Positions 38,600 to 50,544 of a stretch of 64,000 nucleotides of DNA are shown here, piece after piece (positions within the stretch are counted from its first letter, which is position 1; each line of letters begins with the position of its first letter). The position numbers and the translations under genes were made by a program. The notes beneath the pieces are model-generated. The model made no database searches. It was not told the DNA's origin and was given only the letters and a program-made list of their open reading frames with translations. Location of the stretch: the NCBI GenBank assembly GCA_013239625.1, contig MU053995.1:496001-560000 (forward strand), given 5' to 3'. Origin of the DNA: Lama guanicoe (taxonomy: Eukaryota).

Positions 38600-39110
38600 C
38601 GTCTGTCCAAAGCAACAGTGAATACCGTAATTTCCTGGGCACACACATTTGTGCAAGTCCAGAACATCTCTCAGTGATGGGTCTGTACTAAACTTCCCAT
38701 AAATGCAGGAGATGGATTGCCATGGCACCTCCACCCTCTTCAAAAGCTAATTGGACCAACTTGGTTCGATGGAACGCCAACAGGACAGTGAAATCACCTT
38801 GGGTATTGTGGTGGCAGACTACTGAAAAGACTCTGTGAGTGGGGCTATGCCTACCCACCCCCAATTGAAAGAACTGTATAAAATGAGTGGAAATGGATAA
38901 ACAGTGTTCATGTAAAAGTAAAAAGTTTAAGCCCTCTCTGCATTGAGCAGCAATTTGAACACAAGTCTCCAAACCGCACAGTGGGATGGCTTCCAGGATT
39001 GCTATGTGCCACCATTACTTATAATATAAATGCCTCCACTTGGTAGGATGCTGTACTCTGTATTGTTGTTGTGGTCTTTGGGCACAATGCTCTGCTCTGT
39101 GTGCCAGGAT
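38600..39110 (+). pseudogene. Internally deleted retroviral env remnant
   Basis: NTVISWAHTFVQVQNISQ*WVCTKLPINAGDGLPW carries the SU CWVC motif with the first Cys mutated to TGA (38675-38677). The Cys-rich TM tail LVGCCTLYCCCGLWAQC lies near 39040-39090. Confidence 0.7.
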
Positions 39111-39132
39111 CCCCCTCACCTAGGGGGTGAAA

Positions 39133-39520
39133 TGTCAGTGGCCTTGAGATGAGTTAAGGCCATATGACACAAGGCCATGATCACAGCATGTTTGTAGTAT
39201 GCAGTAAATAATGATTGTATGCATGCATCAATTATATAACATTTAGAACAAAGAAAATAGAAGTACTCATGTGCTAGAGATATTCTCTAAGCCTCATGAA
39301 CAAAAAAAATTCACACTGAGCATGTGCTGGCAAAAAATAGATAAAAGCAAAACAGCTGCACCATAGGGCACGTGCACCACCTTGTGAAAATAAAATAAAG
39401 GCTGTAAACTCCATGTTTACTCCAGGTAAAGTCTGTTTTGCAGTATGGCAGCTCCTCATGGATTTTTTAAGTTGGGCTGCTCACCTCCTCAAATTTCACT
39501 TCAGACTCCCTCGGCTGACA
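39133..39520 (+). mobile_element. 3' LTR (388 bp)
   Basis: Follows the polypurine tract, has terminal inverted repeats TGTCAG...CTGACA, and has internal AATAAA at about 39388-39399. Confidence 0.82.
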
Positions 39521-39897
39521 GACAGCTTTAATTTAACATGCTATGTAATGTATAACATTTCTCTCTCTTTTTTTTTTTTTTGATTTTGCTTTGTTCGCAA
39601 TATAGCATAACTATTCACTATCTATGGATAGCGACCTAAGCAGGTAATTTGTGCTAGGCTACTATCTATTTTCTCATTATAGCAAGAAAGGTAGATTATT
39701 TAGAACAAGCTAAAAATAGATATCCATGTAGGTTCTGTTCCATATTCATTTCCAGTAGCCATGTTTACTCAGTTGGCTTATACACTGCTAAGGAAATCCC
39801 TTCTCTTGCATTTTGGTTTTTGAGTTAAATCTATATTGTAACTGGAAAGAAAATAATATATTTTTTCTTCTGCTTTCTTCATGCTGACTTTCCACAG

Positions 39898-40045
39898 AAT
39901 GTCCCATCAGTTTCAAACATCGTCATCAGACACAACCCCAAAATGAAGACTTTGAAGAGGCTCCACAGAATTGTAATAGCTGTACTTTTTAAACCACCCA
40001 GCCCTAATTTGCTGTGAACAGTGTAAGATGCCACAATATATTTGA
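39898..40045 (+). pseudogene. TAB3: TAB3 (TAK1-binding protein 3) Y-gametolog pseudogene, terminal coding exon (NZF zinc finger)
   Basis: Polypyrimidine tract and ccacag| acceptor. Reads ECPISFKHRHQTQPQNEDFEEAPQNCNSCTF/(1-nt deletion in the T run 39986-39990)LNHPALICCEQCKMPQYI*, versus TAB3 [49 protein letters not shown]. Confidence 0.88.
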
Positions 40046-43000
40046 CTTCAGAAGATCCCTACCATGTTGAGGGTAAAATTTTGCGCACCTGAACCTCAAG
40101 AGTCTCATCACCAACCCAGTATTTTCATTTCAAATTATACTACTGGGAAGGGGATTTACAGTCTATCCACACTGTATCCACTTGTGCTCATTAAAGGGAA
40201 AAAAATAGGGGAAATTTTTCCCCATTCTTAATTTGTTGCAGAGTGTAAGTAGAAAAACATACTTGGTACTGAGCAAGGATTCACTTCTGAAGGTTATATA
40301 CACAGAAATAAAGAATTTTTTCTTTTCTTTTCTATTTTTTTTGGTAGAATCCTTATTACTAAAGTTACTGCTGAGTCACCCTTATTTTGAAACTAGAACT
40401 TAAATTGTAATGTGAAATTTTAGTTGCTGCAGACAGACAGAGAAATATCAGAGCAGACCTCTTCTGAAAGTCATAGCTCTTTGGAAAACAAAGGTTTTTT
40501 ATGCTTCATGCCAAAGAGGTAATAGGAAAAGCACCCAGAATACTTTGAATTTTGTTGTTTTATGCAGAATAATAAGAATATTTGTAGTTGCTGTTTTTTT
40601 CAAAGGCAATTTCAAATACATGTACCTGTAAAATAACAAGATGTTTAAAAATGTGATGTGTAGCACTAATGTATTTGGCATATTTTCTAAATATTCCCTT
40701 TGTTCTAAATTTTACAATCAGAGCCGATAATATCTCTTTTGCTATATAATGACTCATCAAGCTATTTTAACACTGGTAACTAATCCTTAATTATACCTCG
40801 TAATTTTTAATATTTTTAATTTGCTCAATGTTTTTATTGGACCATTTGTTTTAAAATTTAGAAACAAGTCTTTACAAATATAATTTTATAAATGGCACTC
40901 TTGTAAAAATTATACTTTGCTAATGACGTGATAATTATATGTCAAATAAAAGCCTATTTCAAAATTCCTAGAAATTCTAAGTTCTTAAATGTTTGAAGTC
41001 TCTAGGGACTATTTTTTCCTACTTTACAATTTTGTAAAGAGTTCATGTGTACAAAGAGATAATACTTTGTATTACTTAATATAGTTGAAAAATAATCAAT
41101 ATTAGCTGCTCAATACAGATTTATTTGCAAGTTTATTAATAAAACAGTGAGAGATATTGCAGTTGACTGTTGTTAAGTTGCACAGTGTATTATTTAAGGA
41201 AGAACCAAAGGTAAGTTTTAAAATGTTGTTTAGGTGAAAGACTTTTAAAATAGAATTGTTTTAAATTTAACATACTGTATTATCATGTATCAGTAGAAAA
41301 TCAGTAAGAACAGATTTAATTAATATAGAATTGTTGAATGTCATTTCTAGTTCAGAATTGGATTTTGGAATATCCATTCATTTTGATGAATATAGACATC
41401 AGTATATGTTAGGTTATTCAGTCCTAGAGAATTTTACCTTGTAGTGTAATATTACAAATGAATATTCACTATCTTATACCATATGCAAACTGTGATCACA
41501 TACTTCAAGTTGTCACTGTTTTAAATTAAAAGGTGCTTTTAGGATATTTGGGGAGAAAAAGCTGCACTGAACATAATGAAAACAAAGGTGTATTTACTCA
41601 AAAGTAATAATTTTACACTTTATCTACAGCTTTGAAAAGATTTTTGATATGTGGAAAATTGCCTAAAATATATTCACTTATCTCACAATGTAAGCATGGT
41701 TATGTAATTAAACTGATGAAGTAATCTCTTATATAACAGATTAACTTCAAATGCTTTTAAGCATGGGAAGTAATAGGTTTGATCTAAAATCTGTTATTTA
41801 AAGCCCTTATAATACCAGTATCTGTCAACCGTTAGTAACAGTCCTACTCTTCTCTAATATATAAATGCCTTTGTCTTTGTATGGTCTCATATCTCTTGTT
41901 CATTGCTTGTCAACCACACTTGTTTTTAAGTAAGAAAAATAAGGGGAAATACATATACATATATAAAAAGCAGCCAAATATGACTTAGCCAAAGGTTTAC
42001 CAGTTTTCATACAGATTTGAAAGCAGTCATATGAAAACAGTTGGATACCCTTTTATTAAAGCTATGACTTTAAAACTAATGCACGAAAATACATTAGAAT
42101 CAATAAGCTGTAACCTTACAATGGACATCTTTTTTCTTTATTTGGCACTGTATCTCTGTCAATCACTGTATTTTTATCTGCTAGTGTATTTGATACCTGT
42201 GGTAGGCAGAGTATGATACATCAGAGGTTAATTGTAAGGAAGTTTTGTATGTGTTAATTTCTGATTGTGTGTAAGTTTCATATGTCATATAGATTGAATT
42301 CAGTTTTTTTTTTAAAAAATATGCTGAATTATTTGACATGAAAATGTGGTATATTTAACCGTGTCCAATATATAAACTGCCTTTGAAAAGTTTAAGAATT
42401 TGTCTTCTAGGTGCCTTTCAAAATTGTAGAAAGTCAGAATTGGAGTGTACACTCAATTGACATGTAAGTGATAAGACAATGCATAGTTAGCCTACTTTGA
42501 TCAGCTGGTGCATTTCTTTTATCTAGTAAGAAGTTCATCTTAAAGCTCAATTAGTTTGGTGCATCTGGTAACACACTGAGTTGATTATACAGTTTACATC
42601 ATTTCACTGTTTTAACGCTGAGTTTTTATGATAAACATTTGCCATTATGTTATTTTACATTGCCCCTTCAAATGCGGAGTTGTTATAAGTTTTAAAAGGT
42701 AACAGAGGAACAAGAAACTTTCTATACATTATACAGTATTTTGAATTGATATGGACCTAAAACAGTAAAGAGTAGAAGCAGGAAGTTTTACAGCAACAAA
42801 TGGAGGAATATGGAAAACTGTTGTTTTAGAACAAATTATTCATGGTAGCAAAATTATTGCTAATTTATTTCTATGAAAGAGAAAGTGTGATGAGCAATGT
42901 AATAATTTTTAAGGAGCTGGTCTCTAAATTAATACTTCTTAATTAAGAGAAATCAGAGTTTTTATGGCTTTACCATTGCTTTATCAGTTATCTAAGTTAT

Positions 43001-43310
43001 ATCCAACTTTCTCTCCCAACTCAATTTTATATAATTTTTCAATGGTTATTGTAATTATAAGTGAAAACCTAAATGATAGGCAGGAAAGTCTTGGCCATTA
43101 AAAATATCTTATCCAGGAAAATGAAAATATTCCATGTAATTATATTAATTACAATGTTATTATAATTAAATTGATTTATTTAAATATTATATCAGTATTT
43201 AGCCATTGATTTAGTCTGTTATGTATATGTCTGTATAACTGTATAAGAAAAATTGACATTTGAAATGTTACTTTTAAAAATCAAATAAATAGGCTCTGTG
43301 TTTTGCCAGA
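40046..43310 (+). other. Probable long 3'UTR relic of the TAB3 pseudogene
   Basis: AT-rich stretch with no recognisable repeats directly after the TAB3 stop. It has several AATAAA (40307, about 40945, about 41138, 43284-43289 followed by a GT-rich tract). The end point is uncertain. Confidence 0.55.
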
Positions 43311-43822
43311 GCACAATTTGTTCTTACTTTCTTAGATGAAATTTTTATAACGTTTCCATATCTAACGGTGTTTCCACTCACCAGTCACGCATTTTTTCAT
43401 TTATCACTTCTGTCACCAAATATTTATACATACAAATTCTTCTATGGTTTAGGGGCTTAGAGATTAATAGAATGGTAAGCCAGTGATGTCCAAAAAATGA
43501 TATCCAAAGCCATATGCTAAAAGTTACTTGAAGGCTGAACAATTCTCTTTATAATACCTAATGCCCCTGTTTTTCTATTATTGAACAGATTAGCTTCTTT
43601 ATTAAAATGACAAAAATCTATTAGATTTTGTAAACACTGTGTCAGGCTATGTCTATGCCTTGCATGAAATTACTTTCAGATAAAATTATATAATTATTTC
43701 TTTGTAGTTAGAAATAGTTTAAAATATCAAAATAGTTCCACTGCCACAGTGATGTATTTTTGGACTGAAATTTGCTGTCTCATAAGCCTAATGTTCCATT
43801 TCATTTCTGTTTCTGGGTTAAA

Positions 43823-43996
43823 ACAGGGATCACCAAACTGTAGCCTACATGCCAAATACTTGTTTTTGGATAGTCCTTGAGCTAAAATTATTTCTTATAT
43901 TTTTAAGTGGTAAAAAAGATGATATATCAAATGCATTATGATCTACAATGCTTAAAATGTTTATATAGTTCTAGTTAGAAAGTATGCCAATTTCTG
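43823..43996 (+). mobile_element. MER58-like hAT-Charlie MITE
   Basis: Starts cagggatcaccaaactgtagcc...gccaaat, has internal gagctaaaatt...atttttaagtgg, and ends gtatgccaatttctg. Confidence 0.6.
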
Positions 43997-44189
43997 TATT
44001 GTTAGAACCCATAATAATGTTAGATTCTGGGTGAATAGTAAATATACATATTCTAATTTAAAAATTGGTAGCAGTGTGTATAAGCAGAACTTATATGCAA
44101 GCTAGGATATGTTATGACCTTATTTTTTTTTACTTCAATAACTTTTTTACCAAAAATGAATTTTCTTTCATTATCATATGTCATTTATG

Positions 44190-44258
44190 GGTAATTTTTC
44201 AAAGGCAGGTAATTTTTCAAAGGCGGGTAATTTTTCAAAGGCAGGTAATTTCAGAAGG
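44190..44258. repeat. 18-bp minisatellite ggtaatttttcaaaggc(a/g), about 3.7 copies
   Basis: Units start at 44190, 44208, 44226 and 44244 (degenerate). Confidence 0.92.
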
Positions 44259-44499
44259 TCCTGTCATCTCACTTGAGTCTGTAATGAACCTTATTCAATT
44301 TTACATAGAAATCACCACAGAAAATTATGATAGAAAATCTACTTTTCAGAAATAAAATGCATTTTACATTCAAAATTAGTAGCTTTATTAACATAAGAAC
44401 AATTAATATATTTCTATATAGACAATATATATTGATCCCTTAATACGCTTTACTCATCTTTGAAATTATCCATTTATAAGCAGTCTTGTTTTAGCTGTA

Positions 44500-47400
44500 G
44501 TCAAGTCAGTCGTACCCCAGATTATTTTGAAGTAAAGCCTTTCCTTATCTCTTATAACTGACTTAGGTCTAGTTTGTCTGATTTTAGTACAGTTTCCCGG
44601 GCTATTTTTTTAAAGTATTTATTTATTTACTTATTTATAATTGAAGTATAGTTGATTTAAAATGTTATGTTATTTTCTGGTGTCCAGCAGTGATTAGGTT
44701 GCACCACAACGTTCACAGCAGCACTATTTACAGTAGGCAAAATGTGGAAGCAACCCAAATGTCCATTGACAGATGACTGGATAAAGAAGTAGTGGTATAC
44801 TTATACAATGGAATACCAGTCAACCATAAAAATTAATAAAATAATGCCATTTGCAGCAACATGGATGGACCTGGAAAATGTCATCCTAAGTGAACAAAAT
44901 CAGAAAGGAAAGAGAAATATTCTTCCACAGCTTCCTTTTGATTCTTTGCATGGAATATCTTTCTCTATTTGTTTCTTTTCAGTCTTTGGGTCTTTAGTTC
45001 TAAAGGGAATCCCATATAGACAGCATGTGCTTGGATCACATTATAAATCCATTCTTTCAGTCTCTGCCTTTACATTGTGAACTTCTACCTATTTTCACGT
45101 TAAAATTTTTTTTTTATTTTTTACTCATTTCCTTTTCTGTATATTCTGTAGATGTTCATATAACCATCTCAGCTTTCTTTGTTACTGTTCGCATGGGATA
45201 ATATGTTGCAAAGTTAACATCCTTTCTTTTACAAGCTTTTTTGTGTCTTTGGATCTAAAATCAGACTCTTACAGATGAGATATAATGGATCAGGTATAGT
45301 AGGATCACATATTTTTATCTATCCAGCCAAACTCTGCTTTAAAAAATTGTATTAAAAAATGAAACATAAAATTCATCATCTTAATTATTTTAAATGTACA
45401 GTAGTGTTAAGTATAGTCACATTGTCATAAAACAGATCTGTAGAAATGTTTCATCTTGCAAAATCAAAACTCTATACACATAAAAACAATTCTCCTTTTC
45501 TCCTTCCCCCAGCCCCTGAAATCACTGCTGTACTTTCTGTTTTTATGAATTTGACTACTATAATACTCAATTAATAGGAATCATACAGAATTTACCTTAT
45601 CATAACTGACTTATTTCATTTGGCATAAAATCAAACGTTCATCCTTGTCACAAATGGCAAGATTTCTTTTTAAGACTGAGTAATAACCTATTTTGTGTAT
45701 ATCTCAAATTTTGTTTATTATTTTTTAATAAGTGAATTTGTTTATTGATTCATTTGATGATGGACAGTTGGGATGATTCCACCTCTTCGCTATGGTAAAT
45801 ACTGTAGCTATAAACATGGATGTACAAATTATCTCTTTGAGACCTGACTTTAAAAGCCTTTTGGATATATAACCAGAAATGGGATTGCTGAATTAGGTGG
45901 TAACTCACAATTTTTGAGGAAGGTCCATTTTGTTTTTCTTATCAGTTGCACTATTTAAAGGTCCATTTTGTTTTTCTTATCAGTTGCACTATTTATTTTG
46001 TCATCAACAGTGTGAATTTCACCACATCTTTGTCAATGCTTGTTTTCTGCTCTCTTGATAGTAACACTAATATGTGTTGAATATTATGTTAGCAGTGCAC
46101 TTTTCATATGTGGCCTTTTATTATATTGAGGTCCTTTCCTTCTGCTCCTTCTTGAAGTGTTTTTATGATGAAAGGATGTGGAATTCAAGTGCTATTTCTA
46201 TACCAGTTGAGATGATCATGTTTTTGTCATTCCTTCTGCCAGTGTGTGTTACATTGATTTTCATATGTTGAGACATTCTTGCTTTCCAGGAATAAGTTCT
46301 ACTTAATCATGCTGTATAAACTTTTTAATGGACTGTTGAATTCAGTTTGCTGATAGTTTGTTGAGGAATTTGCATCTATACTTATTAGGAATATTGGTCT
46401 GCAGTTTTCTTTCAATGTCTTTGGCTTTAGTGTAAAGCCATATGGTCCTGGGCTTTTCTTTGTTGGGAGATTTTTGTTTAATGATTCAGTATCCTTATTA
46501 CTTATTGGTCTGTTCAGAAAGATTTCTGTCACTTTGCTGTTTGTTTCTATATGTCATATATTTTTAGTTCCTTAATTCCTCTACTACTATTTTCTATTTT
46601 GTTTAATTGACTTTCTGTAGTGGATTATTTTGAACCACTTATTTGTTTTTTGTATATTTTTAGTGGTTACCTTGGTGATTACCATTGTCATTTTGAACAT
46701 ATCAAAACTTAGATTCAATTATTTTCAAAAAATTTTGCTGTATGTCTGCATCTGTTACCTTTTATATTATATTATCATAGGTTAAATCTTTATAAATTAT
46801 ATGCCTATTAAGATAGATTTATGATTGGTATATGAAGATCGATTTATGACTGTTTTATACATTTTTCTTTGAAATCATATAGGAAAAAAGGAGTTACAAA
46901 CCAAAATGTAATAATATTTGCTTTTATATTTACCTTTAGGGTAACTTTACCAGTGTTCTTCATTCATATAGCTTCAAGTTGATTATCTTGTGTCCTTTTC
47001 TTTTCTTGACTTTTTATTTAGCATTATTTGTAACACAAGTCTTTTTAGCAATGAAAATAATCAATCTGTTTATCTGGAAATGTCTTCCTCCTTTATTTTT
47101 TAATAATTTTTCTCATTATAGTATTTGTGGTTAGAAGGTTTTGTTTGCTTGCTTTCCTGAACTTTGAACATGTCATTCCATGGCCTTTCTGACCTTTGTG
47201 GAATGTGATGAAAATTTGCTGTTAATATTATTGAGAAATATCCTGTGACAATCTGCTTCTCTCTTGCTACTTTTAAGACTTTTTCCCTTTGTCTTTGGAT
47301 TTTAACTGTTTGATTATAATTTACCTTTGTGAATCTCTTTGGGTCTGTCCTATGTAGTGGTCATTAATTTTAAATATGTAATTTCATCTCTTTCTATCGA

Positions 47401-48750
47401 ATTTGGGAAATTATCAACCATTATTTCTTCAGATATTCTTTCTGTGTCTTTCTGTCCTTTTTATCCATCTGTGATTCCCATAATGCATATATTGGCCAGC
47501 TTGGCTGCATCTCATAAGTCTTGTGGGCTCTCATTATTTTGATTCAGATTTTTTTCTTCTCAGACTGAATAATCTCAATTGATTTATCTTAAAAATTGTT
47601 CTTCCTTCTCCTGGTTTCAATCTGTTGTTGAATCCCTCTAGTCAACTTTTAGTTTTAGCTTTTATAATTTTCAGCTTCAGAATTTCTCTTCATAATTTTC
47701 TAAAACAACTCCTCATTACTGATATTCTGTATTTGTTCAGACATCTTTTTCCTGGTGTCCTTTAATTCTTTGTGCATTGTTTCCTTTAGCTATTTAAAGC
47801 TAATTTAGAACAATTCATTTAATATCTGTCTGGTGAGTCCAATGTCTTAGCTTTCCCGGGACAGTTTTTAACTTTTTTCTCCTTTGTTTGCATGCTTTAA
47901 TATTTTGCTGCTGTTGTTTTTGTTGAAAAGTTGATATTAGGCTGGGTAAAAATAAGACAGGAGGAAAAGAAACAGGAGAGAAAAAAGGAAAAGGGAAAAA
48001 AATACACTCAGGTCTCTTTTGACTGACCTATGTTGGGGTACTCTTTAAACACTTAGAATGAATGATGTTTACATCTCTGCCATAGTTTTAAATCTCTCCT
48101 TTCATGAGCCTAACGATCAGCCTAAGGTGAAAGATTTTTGTTTTCATGGGCATTTTCTAAGTGTGTGCATATCTTTCTAGGTCCTTCTGATAAGTAGTAG
48201 ATTTTCAAAGACTGTATTTCCCCCAAAATCTTACTCCATGGCTTTCCACCCCAGGCTTCTTTGTGTATCTATTGTCTTCTTCAACTTTTATTTTTATCCC
48301 AGATGACAGAGGCTTATTCATTTGGCTTTCAGTTGTTTTTGAGACCACGTACTTGCTACATCCTGATAGAGTGCTAAGATAGGGAAGACAAAGGAAAGCC
48401 TTTTATGGTACTTCATAGAAGAAATCCCTGCTAGATCAAAACAGAAAAACACGTTCTCTTGAGACAAGGTTCACTCTGTTACCCCAGTAACCAAGTATTT
48501 ACACGAGTAATGTGGACTGTCATCTTTAAGACTAATGCCATGCTGGGGAAGGAAGTATTGGCTCAGTTAAAACATCATACTAATTTCCTACCCCGCTGCA
48601 CTGGCTTTTTTGCTCAGGATTTTCTTTCGATCTAAACCTTTGACTATTTTCTAGAGTTTTGGTAAGGTGATTCCAATAGTTTTCACCAAGTATTTCAGTG
48701 TTTTAGAGGAGAGGCAGCCCACAGAATATGTTTCTCTTCCTTTTTGCTTG
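44500..48750 (-). mobile_element. Cluster of nested L1 fragments (mostly antisense; a sense ORF2-end fragment at about 44700-44920)
   Basis: ORF 44808 gives [21 protein letters not shown] 46299-46532 gives LNRPISNKDTES...LPTKKSPGPYGFT (L1 ORF2). Confidence 0.8.
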
Positions 48751-49004
48751 CACTTTATCTTAAACAGATACTCACTTCAAATTTCTTTTGTTACCATGGT
48801 GATGCTATGATGCTTATTTTTGTAAGTTAGAAGAAATTTTGTAACTCCTTTAAAACTAAAATTATTTCTCTTTAAATATTGACCAACTTATTTTCCACAC
48901 AGAAGTCTCATTTACCGTACTTCTAGTATCAGGAGATGCCAGTGTTTCTCTCACTATTCCATAAATTTCCTGACTTGCATTTTATTGTGTTGGTTTTATT
49001 CCAG

Positions 49005-49323
49005 TAAAAGTTCTGCAAATTACAGCCTACAGGCCAAACCCACTCAATGCCTTATTACATTGACTATCAGCTAATAATTGTTTTGTTTAAAAATAATACT
49101 AATTTGGAAAAAAAACAAGATAAGTAAAATTTATGAGGTAACTGAAAATTAAATGAAATTTAGATTTTTATTTTCTTTATATAAGTAAAATTGTATTGCA
49201 AAACAGAATTCACTCATTTATATATTGCTGTCTAAGTCTGCTTTTGCTTCAGCAGGTAGTACCAACAGACTATGTGTGTGTCTGCAAATGGTAAAATCCT
49301 TTTAAATATGTTTGCTGACCCCC
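49005..49323 (+). mobile_element. MER58-like hAT MITE
   Basis: Termini ctgcaaattacagcctacaggccaaa and gtttgctgacccct. Confidence 0.55.
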
Positions 49324-49669
49324 TATTATCTGACATTGATTAGGTAACGTTTTATAAGGGAGATGTCAAAGTTATAATTTCACTGTTACCAGTTCAGGAT
49401 CGTCAGTAATCTAAACTATCACATTTGTTTTGCATTCTGAATAACTGTCAATATGATTTCAAATTCTCCTTTTTTTAAGTGACATTACTCTTGAGAAATA
49501 TATTAGTGAGATAGAGGGCCAAGTGATGCAGCTTAGTTTCTTACAGTTCTGCATTGCAACTTAAGGACAAATTTTTAGTTCTTAAGTTTTCTTTTGCTTT
49601 TTATTAAACTGTGGTCTTTTGGCCTCTAGAAATCTGTAAGACACATCCAGAGGGGCATGAAATTGAATC

Positions 49670-50460
49670 AATTGCCCCTTAAAACCATGACATTATTATC
49701 TTTTTATCATGGTGACATTTCACTGATGGCACAAAAACACTGATGACTAAAATTCATATCTTTGTATCAATTTAAGAATTGGCACGGAACTATTTTAATA
49801 GTCATTGTTTCATATACCTGCAGGTCAGCTAACAAAAGCAGTTTCTTTTCAATGTCTTTGTTAAAACAGCAAAAACGTATCATGTTTTTAAACCTCAAAC
49901 TTTGACTAGAAATCATTTAATATTCCATGAAAAATAGTTAGATATATGCATAAAGCACATGTATTACATATAGAAGTATATGATTCTCTTGAGAGAAAGC
50001 ACTTGTAGGATTGTTTCAGTTTCTAAGCTGAATTTTAAGCTTTTCTAAAATTGGCATATAATTTTACATTTGAAAAAGCAGTAAAAAAAACTATTGTTAT
50101 TTAGACCTGAGTATTAGGCAGATACTATCTGAAAATGAACTAAATGCCCCTTCATTTCAAGGGAAACAACCGACAATATTTTTGCCAATGATTAAAATTT
50201 GAGCTTTCAAACTAAAAATTAGAATTTGTGCCTGACCTTGGTAGCTTTTCAATGCATAAATGACATTTTTAATGGCAGTTGTCATGGTTCAATCTTTGTT
50301 ACTGAATGATGACATTATCAGCATTTGGAAGGTTTGCATTGAACCAATTATTTCCCAAATGATCAGTGCATTTATATTACAAAATTACTCATATGTTAAA
50401 GATCCATTCAAAATGCAAGACAGATTTTACCACAACAGAGTATGAAAAAAGTGATATTGA
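49670..50460. mobile_element. Charlie1-like hAT DNA transposon fragment
   Basis: ttagacctgagtattaggcagat...gaaaatgaac...ttcaagggaaacaaccgacaatatttttgccaatgattaaaatttgagctttcaa matches recalled Charlie transposase-region text. Confidence 0.65.
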
Positions 50461-50544
50461 CATAACATTTTTCCTTTAAAAAATATATGTGATAAGGTTT
50501 ATTATAGGAATTGACTCACTCAGACATAGAGGCTAAGAAGTCCC

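Larger units (their letters stand above)
35885..39520 (+). mobile_element. 5'-truncated class III endogenous retrovirus (ERV-S/ERV-L-like): pro-pol, env remnant and 3' LTR
   Basis: Protease VLALVHTKA (DTGA site, 35925-35936). [11 protein letters not shown]...QFAFTWEG...QGYLHSPTLCHGLVA...HYKDGIML. Integrase WEVDCTGP...IQSDRGTHFT...VPYHPQAAGMNERYNGLLK. PPT agggggtgaaa precedes the LTR. Many stops and frameshifts. Confidence 0.9.
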
